Shown here: one piece after another, positions 11,485 through 20,547 of the stretch
Position numbering within the stretch: position 1 is the first letter of the stretch
How the letters are laid out: the number at the start of each line of letters is the position of its first letter
Source: Cyclobacteriaceae bacterium
GTDB taxonomy: Bacteria > Bacteroidota > Bacteroidia > Cytophagales > Cyclobacteriaceae
Reading direction: 5' to 3'
Assembly: GCA_041749015.1 (NCBI GenBank)
Contig: JBGTCD010000155.1
Location: 9,068 to 73,067 of the forward strand
DNA length: 64,000 nt
Position numbers and translations under genes: made by a program
Notes under the pieces: model-generated
Told to the model about the DNA's origin: nothing
The model's input: the letters and a program-made list of their open reading frames with translations, nothing else
The model's database searches: none

Positions 11485-12198
11485 TCAAATCTTTCTGCCA
11501 CCTTTTACTTTTATTTCAGACCCCTCCGCCAAGAACACAGATTCTGGCTTTGAGGTAGTAAGAAAGTCAAAGGGTTGCCCATATATTAGACCAAAGTCCA
11601 CGTCAATTTTATAATCCCTGGTTTGGTATACATCCCACCGGGGGTGTTCTACACCGTACTCAGAGGTGGTGTCGTCCGAAATTTTGGTATACCCCCAGTA
11701 GTGCTCTGAGATAAATTCTGCTTCGCTACCGGAAGGAATTGGTTCCGGTTGTTTGGCTGCAATTACTTTTATGGAATGCCACCGGTCTTTTTTCCAGCGG
11801 TATTCCACGGTCAGATCATCTTCAGACATCGTCCAGATATGTCCCATGGGCATGGTCTCATAATGCTCTTTGTATACGACATTAGCGATAAAGGCCAGGG
11901 CCGGCTTTGGTACGATTTCCTTGATAAAGACCACCCCACGTTTCCATTCCCCCTGGTCTTTGTGACGGACGTAAAACCGCAGATTTACCTCTTCAAAATT
12001 GATGTGCCAGGGTATTCTGATCCCTTTTACTTTGGTGTTTTTGAACATAAAACCAACTAAGCTCACATAGCAGACCCCATTCCATAAATCGATCTCTGTA
12101 CCATGAGGTAAAAATGGTGCAAGAATTTTCTGATCGATGGAATAGTTGGCGATCGCCAGCTTACGCCATTCAGCCTGTAAAAATGTTTTGCTCATCAA
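11485..12198 (-). CDS. YqjF/DUF2071 family protein
   Basis: 237 aa. The N-terminal pattern (LQAEWRKLAIANY...VSLVGFMF...NLRFYV) resembles DUF2071 proteins; this call is from memory only. Confidence 0.55.
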   Translation of the reverse strand: MMSKTFLQAEWRKLAIANYSIDQKILAPFLPHGTEIDLWNGVCYVSLVGFMFKNTKVKGIRIPWHINFEEVNLRFYVRHKDQGEWKRGVVFIKEIVPKPALAFIANVVYKEHYETMPMGHIWTMSEDDLTVEYRWKKDRWHSIKVIAAKQPEPIPSGSEAEFISEHYWGYTKISDDTTSEYGVEHPRWDVYQTRDYKIDVDFGLIYGQPFDFLTTSKPESVFLAEGSEIKVKGGRKI

Positions 12199-12254
12199 TG
12201 CTTTTTAATAGATGCTTCATAAATCTTACTAATTCATAATTCCAAACGTGAACA

Positions 12255-12818
12255 TCAGACCTCCAACAAACCGCGAAATCCTCTGGCCGCATAGTAGGAC
12301 TCTGCACCATTATGATAAATGAACATCTGCCCGTAGCGCCAATCCCCAAATATTGCGCCACCAAGGGCTCTGATTTCAGGTGGGGTCTTAACCCAACTGG
12401 ATGTTTTAGTATCAAACTTTCCAAATTGCTGTAATTCCCGATATTGGTCTTCTGTCAACAGTTCGATGCCCATTTCAGAGGCCATGCCCAAAGCATTGTG
12501 TTTAGGCTTATGGTCTTTCCTGGACTCCAGGGCTTGAGGATCGTAGCAAAGGCTTCTGCGCCCCTTTGGGCTTTCGGCCGAACAGTCATAGAAAATATAA
12601 GTGTCTTCCTTCTTAACGTAGCCAGTAACATCGGGTTCACCGCTGGTTGCCTCCATTTCATTCAGTGACCACAATTTACCCGGGTTGGACTCTAGTTTAG
12701 CTTGTACTTTAGACCAAACAAGGCCTTGATGCCGATGCATATTTTTTTCAAAGCGGGTCTTCAGGATTTCAAGCAGGGCCTTACTTTGCTCAGGGAGAAG
12801 TACTATCTTAGTTTTCAT
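12255..12818 (-). CDS. DUF4256 domain protein
   Basis: 187 aa. The segment RFEKNMHRHQGLVWSKVQAKLESNPGKLWSLNEMEATSGEPDV resembles DUF4256. Confidence 0.55.
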   Translation of the reverse strand: MKTKIVLLPEQSKALLEILKTRFEKNMHRHQGLVWSKVQAKLESNPGKLWSLNEMEATSGEPDVTGYVKKEDTYIFYDCSAESPKGRRSLCYDPQALESRKDHKPKHNALGMASEMGIELLTEDQYRELQQFGKFDTKTSSWVKTPPEIRALGGAIFGDWRYGQMFIYHNGAESYYAARGFRGLLEV

Positions 12819-13005
12819 TGTTTCAGTATTTTTTCATCGGTTTAATTTAGATATTAAGTTTGAGATTTTAATTCCAGGCTATTAAAATCGGTTCTTGCTC
12901 TAAAGTATAACTGATAAACTTTATTTTTGGTGATATCTATTTTATTGGGAGAGAAGCACTATTTTCATGCAATAAAACAGTGCTGGAACATATTAACTTC
13001 ACAAA

Positions 13006-13446
13006 ATGAGAAAAATTAGACCCATTCATCCAGACTTTCAATTCCTGTTGGAGCTTAAGGACCAGGAGGTCATTGACCTGTTTTGTGATTTGAGGGAATT
13101 CATCTTAGAGCTATATCCAGACAGCAACGAACTGCTTTATCATACTCATGCCCTGACTGCAGTTTTCTCTATTTCAGAAAAGCTTTCAGATGCTTTCTGC
13201 ATGTTGCCCATTTATACTAATCATTTGAATCTGGGATTTAATAAAGGCACCCTTCTCAAGGACCCTGATAATTTGCTGACCGGTACAGGCAACCTAATAA
13301 GACATGTTGATGTAAAGCATCCGCGAGACTACCGCGACCCCAAAGTGAAAGCCTTAATTATAGAAGCGATTGAATTTGCCATTAATGATTTGGACAAGCC
13401 AAACAAATCAATTGGTATGACCATATCGAAAATAAAGAAAAAGTGA
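13006..13446 (+). CDS. DUF1801 domain protein
   Basis: 146-aa ORF whose size and central pattern resemble DUF1801/YdhG-like proteins. Confidence 0.45.
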   Translation: MRKIRPIHPDFQFLLELKDQEVIDLFCDLREFILELYPDSNELLYHTHALTAVFSISEKLSDAFCMLPIYTNHLNLGFNKGTLLKDPDNLLTGTGNLIRHVDVKHPRDYRDPKVKALIIEAIEFAINDLDKPNKSIGMTISKIKKK

Positions 13447-13509
13447 AGGTTTTATTACTTGTTTTTGAGAACGAATAGCGGGGGGAAAAAGCCTCTGAAC
13501 CAATTGAAA

Positions 13510-14016
13510 ATGAAAGAAATTATTGACCTGGCAGAGAAGACAATTATTTTAGAAAGAAACGATTTCCTGAAAGCTGAAGGGAGTACTGATACGAATGTAT
13601 ATTATATAGAAAGTGGCAGCTTAAGGCTCTTTGTATTAGACGAAGACAAAGAGCAGACCATAAGATTTGGCTATAAAGACAACATCATCGTTTCGATAGA
13701 CTCTTATTTTACGGGCAGCCCATCTGGTATTTTCATCCAGGCAATTAAGAAATCCGTCATAAAAGTTATCACCAAGCAGCAAATTAACCATTTCTTAACC
13801 AACCCATCAAATAGGACCTTTTGGATCAAAATTTTAGAAAACCTGGTGGTACAACAGCTTGAAAGGGAAGTGGATATTTTGACTAATTCACCAAAAGAAA
13901 GATATCTGCGAGTATTAAAAAGGAGCCCGCAGCTTTTTCAGGAAATTCCTCATAGGCACATTGCCAATTATTTGCGGATGAGTGCCGAGACTTTGTCCCG
14001 ATTAAAAAAGTCTTGA
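13510..14016 (+). CDS. Crp/Fnr family transcriptional regulator
   Basis: cNMP-binding-like beta-roll followed by a C-terminal HTH (HIANYLRMSAETLSRLKK). The ATG at 13510 is preferred over the TTG at 13459. Confidence 0.75.
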   Translation: MKEIIDLAEKTIILERNDFLKAEGSTDTNVYYIESGSLRLFVLDEDKEQTIRFGYKDNIIVSIDSYFTGSPSGIFIQAIKKSVIKVITKQQINHFLTNPSNRTFWIKILENLVVQQLEREVDILTNSPKERYLRVLKRSPQLFQEIPHRHIANYLRMSAETLSRLKKS

Positions 14017-14086
14017 TTTCAATCAAGGGTTATTAAAAATGATCCTGTGACTTTTGTGTTATTAATTAACCATTAAATGTATTAAA

Positions 14087-14533
14087 ATGAAAACACAAAA
14101 AGTTATCAAAGCCTCCAGTAGGTTTTACATCGGGTTCTCTATTTTAAGCTTGGCTTATGTCAGCTTGCTATCCATGTACAGCCCTCAGTCAACCATGGAT
14201 TTAGTGTTAACACCTTTATCCAACACCGACGCTATTAGTTCCATAAGAGGTATTTATGGGGGTGTGGGTCTGGTAATTGTCCTTACCTTAATCTATCTTT
14301 TCAAATACGATTATTTTAAAGGCCTGATCTTTTTAACCTTATTTTGGTGGGCTTATGCCATCTCCCGGTTCATGACTATTTTGGTGGATGGTCCTTTGGG
14401 AGCATTTGGTTCACAATGGATTGTTATTGAATCAGTTTTGGGTGCATTAGGGCTGATTTTAATCGTTCTTATTCGGCAGTCTAAAATGGACGTTTCTATC
14501 ACCGGGCAGGTAGGTGTTTCAGTTGACAATTGA
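14087..14533 (+). CDS. small integral membrane protein (DUF4345-like)
   Basis: 148 aa with four predicted hydrophobic helices. Confidence 0.45.
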   Translation: MKTQKVIKASSRFYIGFSILSLAYVSLLSMYSPQSTMDLVLTPLSNTDAISSIRGIYGGVGLVIVLTLIYLFKYDYFKGLIFLTLFWWAYAISRFMTILVDGPLGAFGSQWIVIESVLGALGLILIVLIRQSKMDVSITGQVGVSVDN

Positions 14534-14546
14534 GGCCCCTGAACTG

Positions 14547-14700
14547 GCGCGGATGTTGTGCGTTTGAAGGTGTGCGGCTCATTATCTTTACAGCAGTGCA
14601 AGAGATTATTCAGGGATAAAAGGGTTGTTGGAAATAAGTTTTATGGATTAAAAATCAGCACGGATGAGCTTACGCACATGCCCACTACAAACATCCGCGC
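14547..14700. repeat. 154-bp element bounded by imperfect ~30-bp terminal inverted repeats (MITE-like or structured RNA)
   Basis: gcgcggatgtt at 14547-14557 is the exact reverse complement of aacatccgcgc at 14690-14700. Further pairing follows (tgtgcg / cgcaca). Confidence 0.4.
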
Positions 14701-14764
14701 TAGAAATGCTGTCAAATCGGATTTTAGGATTAATTTGCATCAATCAACTAACAATCAACTAACA

Positions 14765-15904
14765 ATGAAAATAGGAATAATTGGAGGCGGTATCACAGGG
14801 CTCACTACAGCCCTTGCTTTGAGCAAAGCTGGTATACCATCTGTGGTTTATGAACAAGCCAAAGCCATCAATGCCATAGGCGCAGGAATCTGGATTCAGC
14901 CTAATGCTGTGAAGGTATTGGACTGGCTGGGAATAAAAGATGAGATCAGGAAGCTTGGCATTGAGCTGAATAAGATGGAAATCACCAATGACAAGCTTGT
15001 CCCATTTAAGAAAATCAAAAGTGAAGTAGTGCAGGATGCAGAAGGTAATAAAACCATCGCGATCCATCGGGGAAGGCTTCAAAACCTGCTTTATAATGAA
15101 GCATTGAAGGTAGCCGATGTTAAACTCAATAAAACCTATGTGAGTCATGCTACAGGCCCTGACGGCAGCAACATCACATTTCAAGATAGTGAGGAAAAAG
15201 TAGATATTTTATTAGGGGCTGACGGGATTGATTCTACTATCAGAAAAGCGCTGTTTCCAAATTCATCACTACGCAGCACGGGACAGGTATGCTGGAGAGG
15301 CATCTCAAAAATGGAATTGCCCGATAACCTCAGATATCTGGGAAGAGAGGCATGGGGAAAGCAGGTTAGATTTGGTTTTTCACAAATATCTGATGATGAG
15401 GTGTACTGGTTTGCAGTGGCTAATGCAGGACAAGGGAATCAAACCGATGGAGCCGATAGTAAAGCCCATTTAAAAGTTCTGTTTAATAATTTTTCAGCAG
15501 TGGTCTCCGAACTTATTGACAATACGGAATCTACCGCTATTCATGAGACTATACTTCAGGACCTTAACAGGCTATCTCAGTGGCATAGTGACGCGGTGTG
15601 TCTATTGGGTGACGCTGCCCATGCCACTACTCCAAATATGGGACAAGGGGCCTGTCAGGGAATAGAAGACGCTTATTACATCAGTAAGCTGCTTTCTCAA
15701 TCTGGTATTGCTCCTGGAGATGCCTTTCAGGAATTCGAGTTAAAGAGAAGAAAAAAGGTAGATTACATCGTAAATACCTCCTGGCAATTCGGGAAGATGG
15801 CGCATAGCCGATTCGGCCAGCCAATTATGAAAGTGATGCTCAAAATGACACCAGAAAGTGTCCTGAACTCACAAATGAATAAATTGTATTCGCTGGAGGG
15901 GTAG
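14765..15904 (+). CDS. FAD-dependent monooxygenase
   Basis: Starts MKIGIIGGGITGLTTAL (dinucleotide-binding GxGxxG) and has the GADG and GDAAH motifs. The upstream 207 nt of the ORF overlaps an inverted-repeat element and is probably not coding. Confidence 0.85.
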   Translation: MKIGIIGGGITGLTTALALSKAGIPSVVYEQAKAINAIGAGIWIQPNAVKVLDWLGIKDEIRKLGIELNKMEITNDKLVPFKKIKSEVVQDAEGNKTIAIHRGRLQNLLYNEALKVADVKLNKTYVSHATGPDGSNITFQDSEEKVDILLGADGIDSTIRKALFPNSSLRSTGQVCWRGISKMELPDNLRYLGREAWGKQVRFGFSQISDDEVYWFAVANAGQGNQTDGADSKAHLKVLFNNFSAVVSELIDNTESTAIHETILQDLNRLSQWHSDAVCLLGDAAHATTPNMGQGACQGIEDAYYISKLLSQSGIAPGDAFQEFELKRRKKVDYIVNTSWQFGKMAHSRFGQPIMKVMLKMTPESVLNSQMNKLYSLEG

Positions 15905-15936
15905 GGGTTTTTTTCGGTTGAACAGCCGCTAATCCC

Positions 15937-15968
15937 CTGGTTCTGGCAGATACGAACCAAGGCGGGGA
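15937..15968. repeat. hairpin repeat, family F (..ACGAACCAAGGCGGGG)
   Basis: ctggttctggcagatacgaaccaaggcgggga shares tacgaaccaaggcgggg with the copy at 19631-19661. Confidence 0.6.
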
Positions 15969-15987
15969 TTTATCAAAATGTTATATT

Positions 15988-16002
15988 AAATCGTTAACTT
16001 TA
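15988..16002 (+). promoter_or_regulatory. 15-nt motif aaatcgttaacttta upstream of antitoxin gene (candidate operator/promoter element)
   Basis: An identical 15-mer occurs at 26817-26831 upstream of the paralogous antitoxin. It contains the palindrome GTTAAC. Confidence 0.3.
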
Positions 16003-16022
16003 AAGTGTAAAATGACATTAAG

Positions 16023-16256
16023 ATGGATTTAGCATTAAAGAAAATTGAGCTAATTAATTGGTTGACCAAACAGGATGAATCTATGATCAAAAAAATAGAT
16101 GGTCTGCGTAAATCCTCAATCGAATCAGCTTATTCATTGAGAATGGGTGAGAGGCTGGAATCTAAATTAGAGCGTTCAGAAGATGATATAAAAGAAGGAA
16201 GGATCCACACCCAGGATGATGTTGAAGCCTATTTCAATAGTAAGCTTAATCAGTGA
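16023..16256 (+). CDS. type II antitoxin (ParD/Phd-like partner of downstream toxin)
   Basis: 77-aa acidic ORF whose stop overlaps the start of the toxin ORF by 4 nt. Confidence 0.6.
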   Translation: MDLALKKIELINWLTKQDESMIKKIDGLRKSSIESAYSLRMGERLESKLERSEDDIKEGRIHTQDDVEAYFNSKLNQ

Positions 16257-16570
16257 AGAAAACACAGGTTATTTGGACAGATGAATCACTATTGGATTTA
16301 GAAATCATTTATGATTTTCTTGCTGATAAATCTGATAAAGTGGCCAAAAAAGTTGTTCAATCGATTTTAACCCGAACTCGACAATTAGAGACTTTCCCGG
16401 AATCAGGAAAACAACAATCTTTTAATAAAAAGGTAAAGCGCCCCTATCGCTATTTGGTTGACGGGCATTACAAGATTTTTTATAGTCAGGATGAAAAAGC
16501 TTTGTATATAGAAGCAATAATAGATACCAGACAAGACCCCGAAAGTTATAGAACAAATATTAAATTTTAG
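16253..16570 (+). CDS. type II toxin, RelE/ParE superfamily
   Basis: 105 aa. The N-terminal WTDESLLDLEIIYDFL and C-terminal YRYLVDGHYKIFYSQDEKALYIEAIIDTRQDP are typical of ParE-like toxins. Confidence 0.7.
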   Translation: MKKTQVIWTDESLLDLEIIYDFLADKSDKVAKKVVQSILTRTRQLETFPESGKQQSFNKKVKRPYRYLVDGHYKIFYSQDEKALYIEAIIDTRQDPESYRTNIKF

Positions 16571-16613
16571 ACAAACCTTATCCTTTATGGTTGTGCCGGA
16601 ATTAAACAGTCTT

Positions 16614-19427
16614 TTAATTTACCAGCACGAAAGCACCCCAATAGTACGGTTCGGGAAACTTATCCTTGACAATTTTTTGGGCATTAATTAAGGCTTGCTG
16701 AGGGTCGTTAATTTCTATCAGGTTTTCATAAAACGCAACCATCAAATCTTTGGTAGCGGTATCATCGACTTTCCAGAGACTCATCAGAATCTTTTTTGCA
16801 CCGGCGACTTGAAACGATCTTGTTAGCCCATAAACCCCTTCTCCGTTTACTGCTTCACCAGTACCGGTTTCGCAGGCACTCATGATTACCATTTCGGTGC
16901 CGGTCAGGTCTAAATTCATTACTTTGAAAGCGTTAACAACGCCATTAAAACCAGAATTTAATCGGGGATTTTCATCAAAAACTCCGGCTGCTCCGGAAAG
17001 AAGGAGCCCCGACCGAAGCAAGGGGTTGTCTTTTGCTTTTGACACATTAGTACCCATGACCATATTGGCACTCCTGTCTACATCAGGGAGGAAAAACCCA
17101 TGAGTGGCTACATGTAATAGCCCCGGCCTGCTAAGCTTGACGAACTGCGCTTCTGATGCCGCCTCCTCAAGAAACACTTCGGTGTTGAATTGGCTGCTTG
17201 ATAGTAATGCCTTTATGGCCAGCACCTCATCTTTAGTGCCCGGAAGCGGGTCGATTAGTTTTTCATTTCCAAAATCAGGGTAGCCGAAAAGTGCCGCATT
17301 TCTACCTGGTACAAAGGTCCGCTTCTCAGTTTTCAATGCTAAAATGGCCGTGGTATTAGGTACAATAGTAACATCCACATGATCCACCAGATATCCATTG
17401 TCAGGGCTCTTTAGGGTATTGAGGTTAATGTTATTGTAAACACCATCCAATGAAACATAGAGCTTACGAAAACCTTCCAACTCTTTGGCAACCGGATCCC
17501 AGTAATGTTTATACGACTCTTCGTTGGCAATCCTGAGCTGAATGGTATTTTTGTAAAATTTAATATGCTTGCCTTCCAGTTCGAGGCCATTGTGAATAAC
17601 CACAAGCCCTGGTCTGGGAGATTCCTTTTTTGCTATTAGCATGGCATATTTTACCTGGCCTTTGTCCGGCCCGTAATTTACCGGTATCCTGATGATCTCT
17701 ACCGCGGCCTCATCAGAATCCAGCGAAACTCTTATATCCTCGTAAGTGAGGTTATCTTTTTCGACGGCAATAAACTCAGTTTTTGTGGATAGTTCACGCT
17801 CCAGTTCATTGACGCGGGATTCAAGATCTTTGAGGTCTATCTTATCGTCATTGATCTCATCAAGAGTCATGGTATAGTAAATAGCCAGCCTTTGTCTGGC
17901 GGCCTGATATTCTGCAAAAATAGTCACCAAATTGCTGTCACCACTGTTAGCGATCTGTTGCCTGGTTCTTAGGGTACTGTTGATCAAAAGCCCCTTGGTT
18001 TGTAAATGAAGTTTAAATGCATCTGCCAAAATTGTTTCATTGCTACTGGCATTGTCGGTGGCAAAAGCCATATAATTATCAATAGCAGGCTTCATGGTGC
18101 GCCATAGATTGCCCTTCTCCGTCTCGCTTAAAGAGTTGAAAAAGGTGTTGACATAAAAGAGATACCCGTTTATTGACTCATCAAAACTTTGCCTGGCATT
18201 TGAAATATCTTTTAAATACCACTGGCATACGCCTAATTTATTGAGCGTCTGCAAATAATCTTTATGCTTACTACCAAGAGCTTGTAGCTGGGTATTTTTA
18301 GCATTAATAAGAATGGGCCTTGCCAGGTCAAACCTATTTTGGCGCATGTGGTAATCAGCCTGATTGTTCAAAGCATGAGCATACAATGGATGTTTTTTCC
18401 CATACCTTCTCCTTATTGATTTTTCCACATCATTAAGAAATGAGGCCACATTGGCTTCATCTCTTAAAATCCGGAATGCACCATAGTATATCAGGACAAT
18501 ATTGTAGTTGGGATGATTTTGAAAGCCCTTCTGCTCCATACCGTTAAGCGCCTCGCGATAAAACTGATCAGCCAGGTCAGGTTGCCCATCATCCAGTAGC
18601 AGCATGGCTTTATTGGTAAGCAGCCTCTCATAGTCGATATATTCGGTAGAAAAATGCTGCCTGCCAATCAAAAGCGCCTCATCCAAATGCTCCAGGGCTA
18701 GCTTTGTTCTGCCTAACTCCGCCTGGAGCATTGCATAATTATTTAATATCGTAGCGAAACCAGCAGGGGCATCAGGAAGGTATATTTCTCTTGAGACGGG
18801 CAGTAGATAAGAGAATAGTTTTTCAGCCTCCTCATAATCGCCAATATTTTTTTTAAGCACAGCCAGGTTGTGAAGGCTGCTGATATATTCCGGGCTGGTT
18901 TCCCCAAAAAGATCAGCCCTTAAATCTGCGGCCAGGGTAAGAAATTCATCAGCTCTTTCATAATTTGCCCTGGTCTGATAGAAAATACCTACCGCGGTCA
19001 GAATACTGGCATAGTACTGCTTTTTGTTAAAATCGAGATCCTCCATATTAGTACTGCGGAGCCTGCCATATAGGGTCAATTGTGAAAGGGGTCCTTTCAT
19101 TATGTCTTTGCCACTTCTGCGGGTGCCGATGCCAATTACCAACTCGCCTTCATGGTCGCCCTGGTCGGTCAGGTATTGGGTAGCGGTGAGGTAGCGACTG
19201 GCAGCGTTGACATAATTGCCATTGTAAAAAGCTTTATCACCGGCAAGAAAGAAATCGTGGGTTACTTTTTTAAGGTTCAAATCATTGTACAAGACTTGCA
19301 CATGATCGCCAAAAATCAGGGAGTATTTTGGTTGATTGAATATCGCCAGGTCATTTTTCTTCTGGCCAACTGCTGTTATTACATTGAGGAGAAGGGTAAA
19401 GATAATCAGCCCAAATATTTTGACCAT
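16614..19427 (-). CDS. secreted TPR-repeat CHAT domain protease
   Basis: Signal-like N-terminus MVKIFGLIIFTLLLNVITAVG and multiple TPR-like repeats. The C-terminal CHAT domain carries a caspase-like His (HVATHGFF) and Cys (MSACETG). The ORF is open to 19490. Confidence 0.85.
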   Translation of the reverse strand: MVKIFGLIIFTLLLNVITAVGQKKNDLAIFNQPKYSLIFGDHVQVLYNDLNLKKVTHDFFLAGDKAFYNGNYVNAASRYLTATQYLTDQGDHEGELVIGIGTRRSGKDIMKGPLSQLTLYGRLRSTNMEDLDFNKKQYYASILTAVGIFYQTRANYERADEFLTLAADLRADLFGETSPEYISSLHNLAVLKKNIGDYEEAEKLFSYLLPVSREIYLPDAPAGFATILNNYAMLQAELGRTKLALEHLDEALLIGRQHFSTEYIDYERLLTNKAMLLLDDGQPDLADQFYREALNGMEQKGFQNHPNYNIVLIYYGAFRILRDEANVASFLNDVEKSIRRRYGKKHPLYAHALNNQADYHMRQNRFDLARPILINAKNTQLQALGSKHKDYLQTLNKLGVCQWYLKDISNARQSFDESINGYLFYVNTFFNSLSETEKGNLWRTMKPAIDNYMAFATDNASSNETILADAFKLHLQTKGLLINSTLRTRQQIANSGDSNLVTIFAEYQAARQRLAIYYTMTLDEINDDKIDLKDLESRVNELERELSTKTEFIAVEKDNLTYEDIRVSLDSDEAAVEIIRIPVNYGPDKGQVKYAMLIAKKESPRPGLVVIHNGLELEGKHIKFYKNTIQLRIANEESYKHYWDPVAKELEGFRKLYVSLDGVYNNINLNTLKSPDNGYLVDHVDVTIVPNTTAILALKTEKRTFVPGRNAALFGYPDFGNEKLIDPLPGTKDEVLAIKALLSSSQFNTEVFLEEAASEAQFVKLSRPGLLHVATHGFFLPDVDRSANMVMGTNVSKAKDNPLLRSGLLLSGAAGVFDENPRLNSGFNGVVNAFKVMNLDLTGTEMVIMSACETGTGEAVNGEGVYGLTRSFQVAGAKKILMSLWKVDDTATKDLMVAFYENLIEINDPQQALINAQKIVKDKFPEPYYWGAFVLVN

Positions 19428-19569
19428 GCTACTTAAGATTTGATTAAAGGTAAAAAAATTTGCCATAGTGACGTAGGGTAATGGAAACAATTTCAGGACC
19501 TTACATCAAAATTGGGGCCATAATTTATTTATCTTGAATCTAAAATTTGAACTGTTTTCGTTTTTTGCA

Positions 19570-19620
19570 AGATAGTGCCTGGGACTTTTATGATTAGAAA
19601 GGAATAGTTAAATTGTGCTA
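19570..19620. repeat. ~50-bp repeat, family G
   Basis: agatagtgcctgggacttttatgattagaaaggaatagttaaattg closely matches 26696-26746. The similarity generates look-alike spurious ORFs (IIKVPG). Confidence 0.6.
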
Positions 19621-19630
19621 TGGCTCTCAT

Positions 19631-19661
19631 GGTTCGTGGGGATACGAACCAAGGCGGGGGA
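19631..19661. repeat. hairpin repeat, family F
   Basis: ggttcgt-ggggat-acgaacc forms a 7-bp stem, followed by aaggcgggg. Confidence 0.6.
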
Positions 19662-19747
19662 GATGTAGTTAGGTTCCCAAAAGTCCAACCAGAAAGGGAA
19701 TGATCGGAAACTTTTTGCTCATCCCGATTAGGAGACACTATTGAAAT

Positions 19748-19831
19748 TTAAGAAATCCCACCGTTCAGATTATTTTTAGAAAGCTCGATAAGGATATTAG
19801 TGTCGCAGAGGACTATTTTCTGTTTGGCCAT
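19748..19831 (-). pseudogene. PIN-domain (VapC-like) toxin remnant, first 27 codons only
   Basis: Translates to MAKQKIVLCDTNILIELSKNNLNGGIS*. The LxDTNxLI N-terminus is characteristic of PIN domains. The ATG overlaps the upstream antitoxin stop by 19 nt. Confidence 0.5.
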
Positions 19832-20037
19832 GCCTTAGATCTTAAGTCTTGTGCAGAAATGTCCCTGTTTTCCCACATTCCGGCAAGGGCGAAAAAATCA
19901 TCTTCTTCGGCGGTGGTGTTTTTCTTTTTGGCAGTAGTCTCCTTGCGTAGCACTTCCACAAAGTCCAGGTCTTTGATAAAGGCCATGAAGTGTTGGAATT
20001 TAGTTTTGTTTTTTATTTTAAGCGTAATCGTCTCCAT
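19813..20037 (-). CDS. VapB-like antitoxin (partner of truncated PIN toxin)
   Basis: 74-aa ORF directly upstream of, and overlapping, the PIN remnant. Confidence 0.5.
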   Translation of the reverse strand: METITLKIKNKTKFQHFMAFIKDLDFVEVLRKETTAKKKNTTAEEDDFFALAGMWENRDISAQDLRSKAWPNRK

Positions 20038-20180
20038 AATCAGTCAAATTTAAACTCTTTTTCATCTACGGAAGTTCCCCACTAATTATACTTCTTAGTC
20101 CCGATTAAGGGATTATATGTAAAGGTAATAAAACATGGTTAAGTGGAGGAAGGTTAGTTCTAATTTTTCAGATAGGTATT

Positions 20181-20203
20181 AGTTCGTGTCCCTACGAACC
20201 AAG
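20181..20203. repeat. hairpin repeat, family F
   Basis: The sequence agttcgtgtccctacgaaccaag matches the family F pattern. Confidence 0.5.
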
Positions 20204-20237
20204 ATTGTGTATTATATAATATTTACAGTTGTTGATA

Positions 20238-20267
20238 GGGTCGTAGCAAGACACTACTACGACCAGG
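20238..20267. repeat. hairpin repeat, family H (GGTCGTAG...CTACGACCAGG)
   Basis: ggtcgtag / ctacgacc forms an 8-bp stem. Related copies lie at 26674-26694 and 27505-27535. Confidence 0.6.
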
Positions 20268-20547
20268 TATTGGCATTTCTTTGCCTTCAATGGCAACTCC
20301 TCCATCATCATTATCTGGTGAATAACCCAAAAGAAATTGAGTCATAAGAATTGAATTTGGCAATATTGAGATCGAAATATGTAATATATGTAACATCCTA
20401 CCTGAAATGTATAAAACCCATAGCACCTATTTTAACGTTTGTATAAACGAAAGTTAGTTTCGCAATAGTTTAAATTTAAGCACGTCTATTTTTTAAACAA
20501 TTATTCTCTTCTTTCACAAATGTAATTCACTAATTAAAATAAATAAT

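Noticed and set aside
14558-14764. 69-codon N-terminal extension of the FAD monooxygenase ORF.
   Set aside because: The canonical GxGxxG N-terminus begins at the ATG at 14765. The extension starts at a non-ATG codon and runs through the 154-bp inverted-repeat element.
19529-19738. 69-aa minus ORF, and the similar 86-aa ORF at 26512-26772, which share ..IIKVPG..
   Set aside because: The shared peptide comes from the family G DNA repeat. Neither ORF has a plausible start context or domain, so the signal is a nucleotide repeat and not a gene family.
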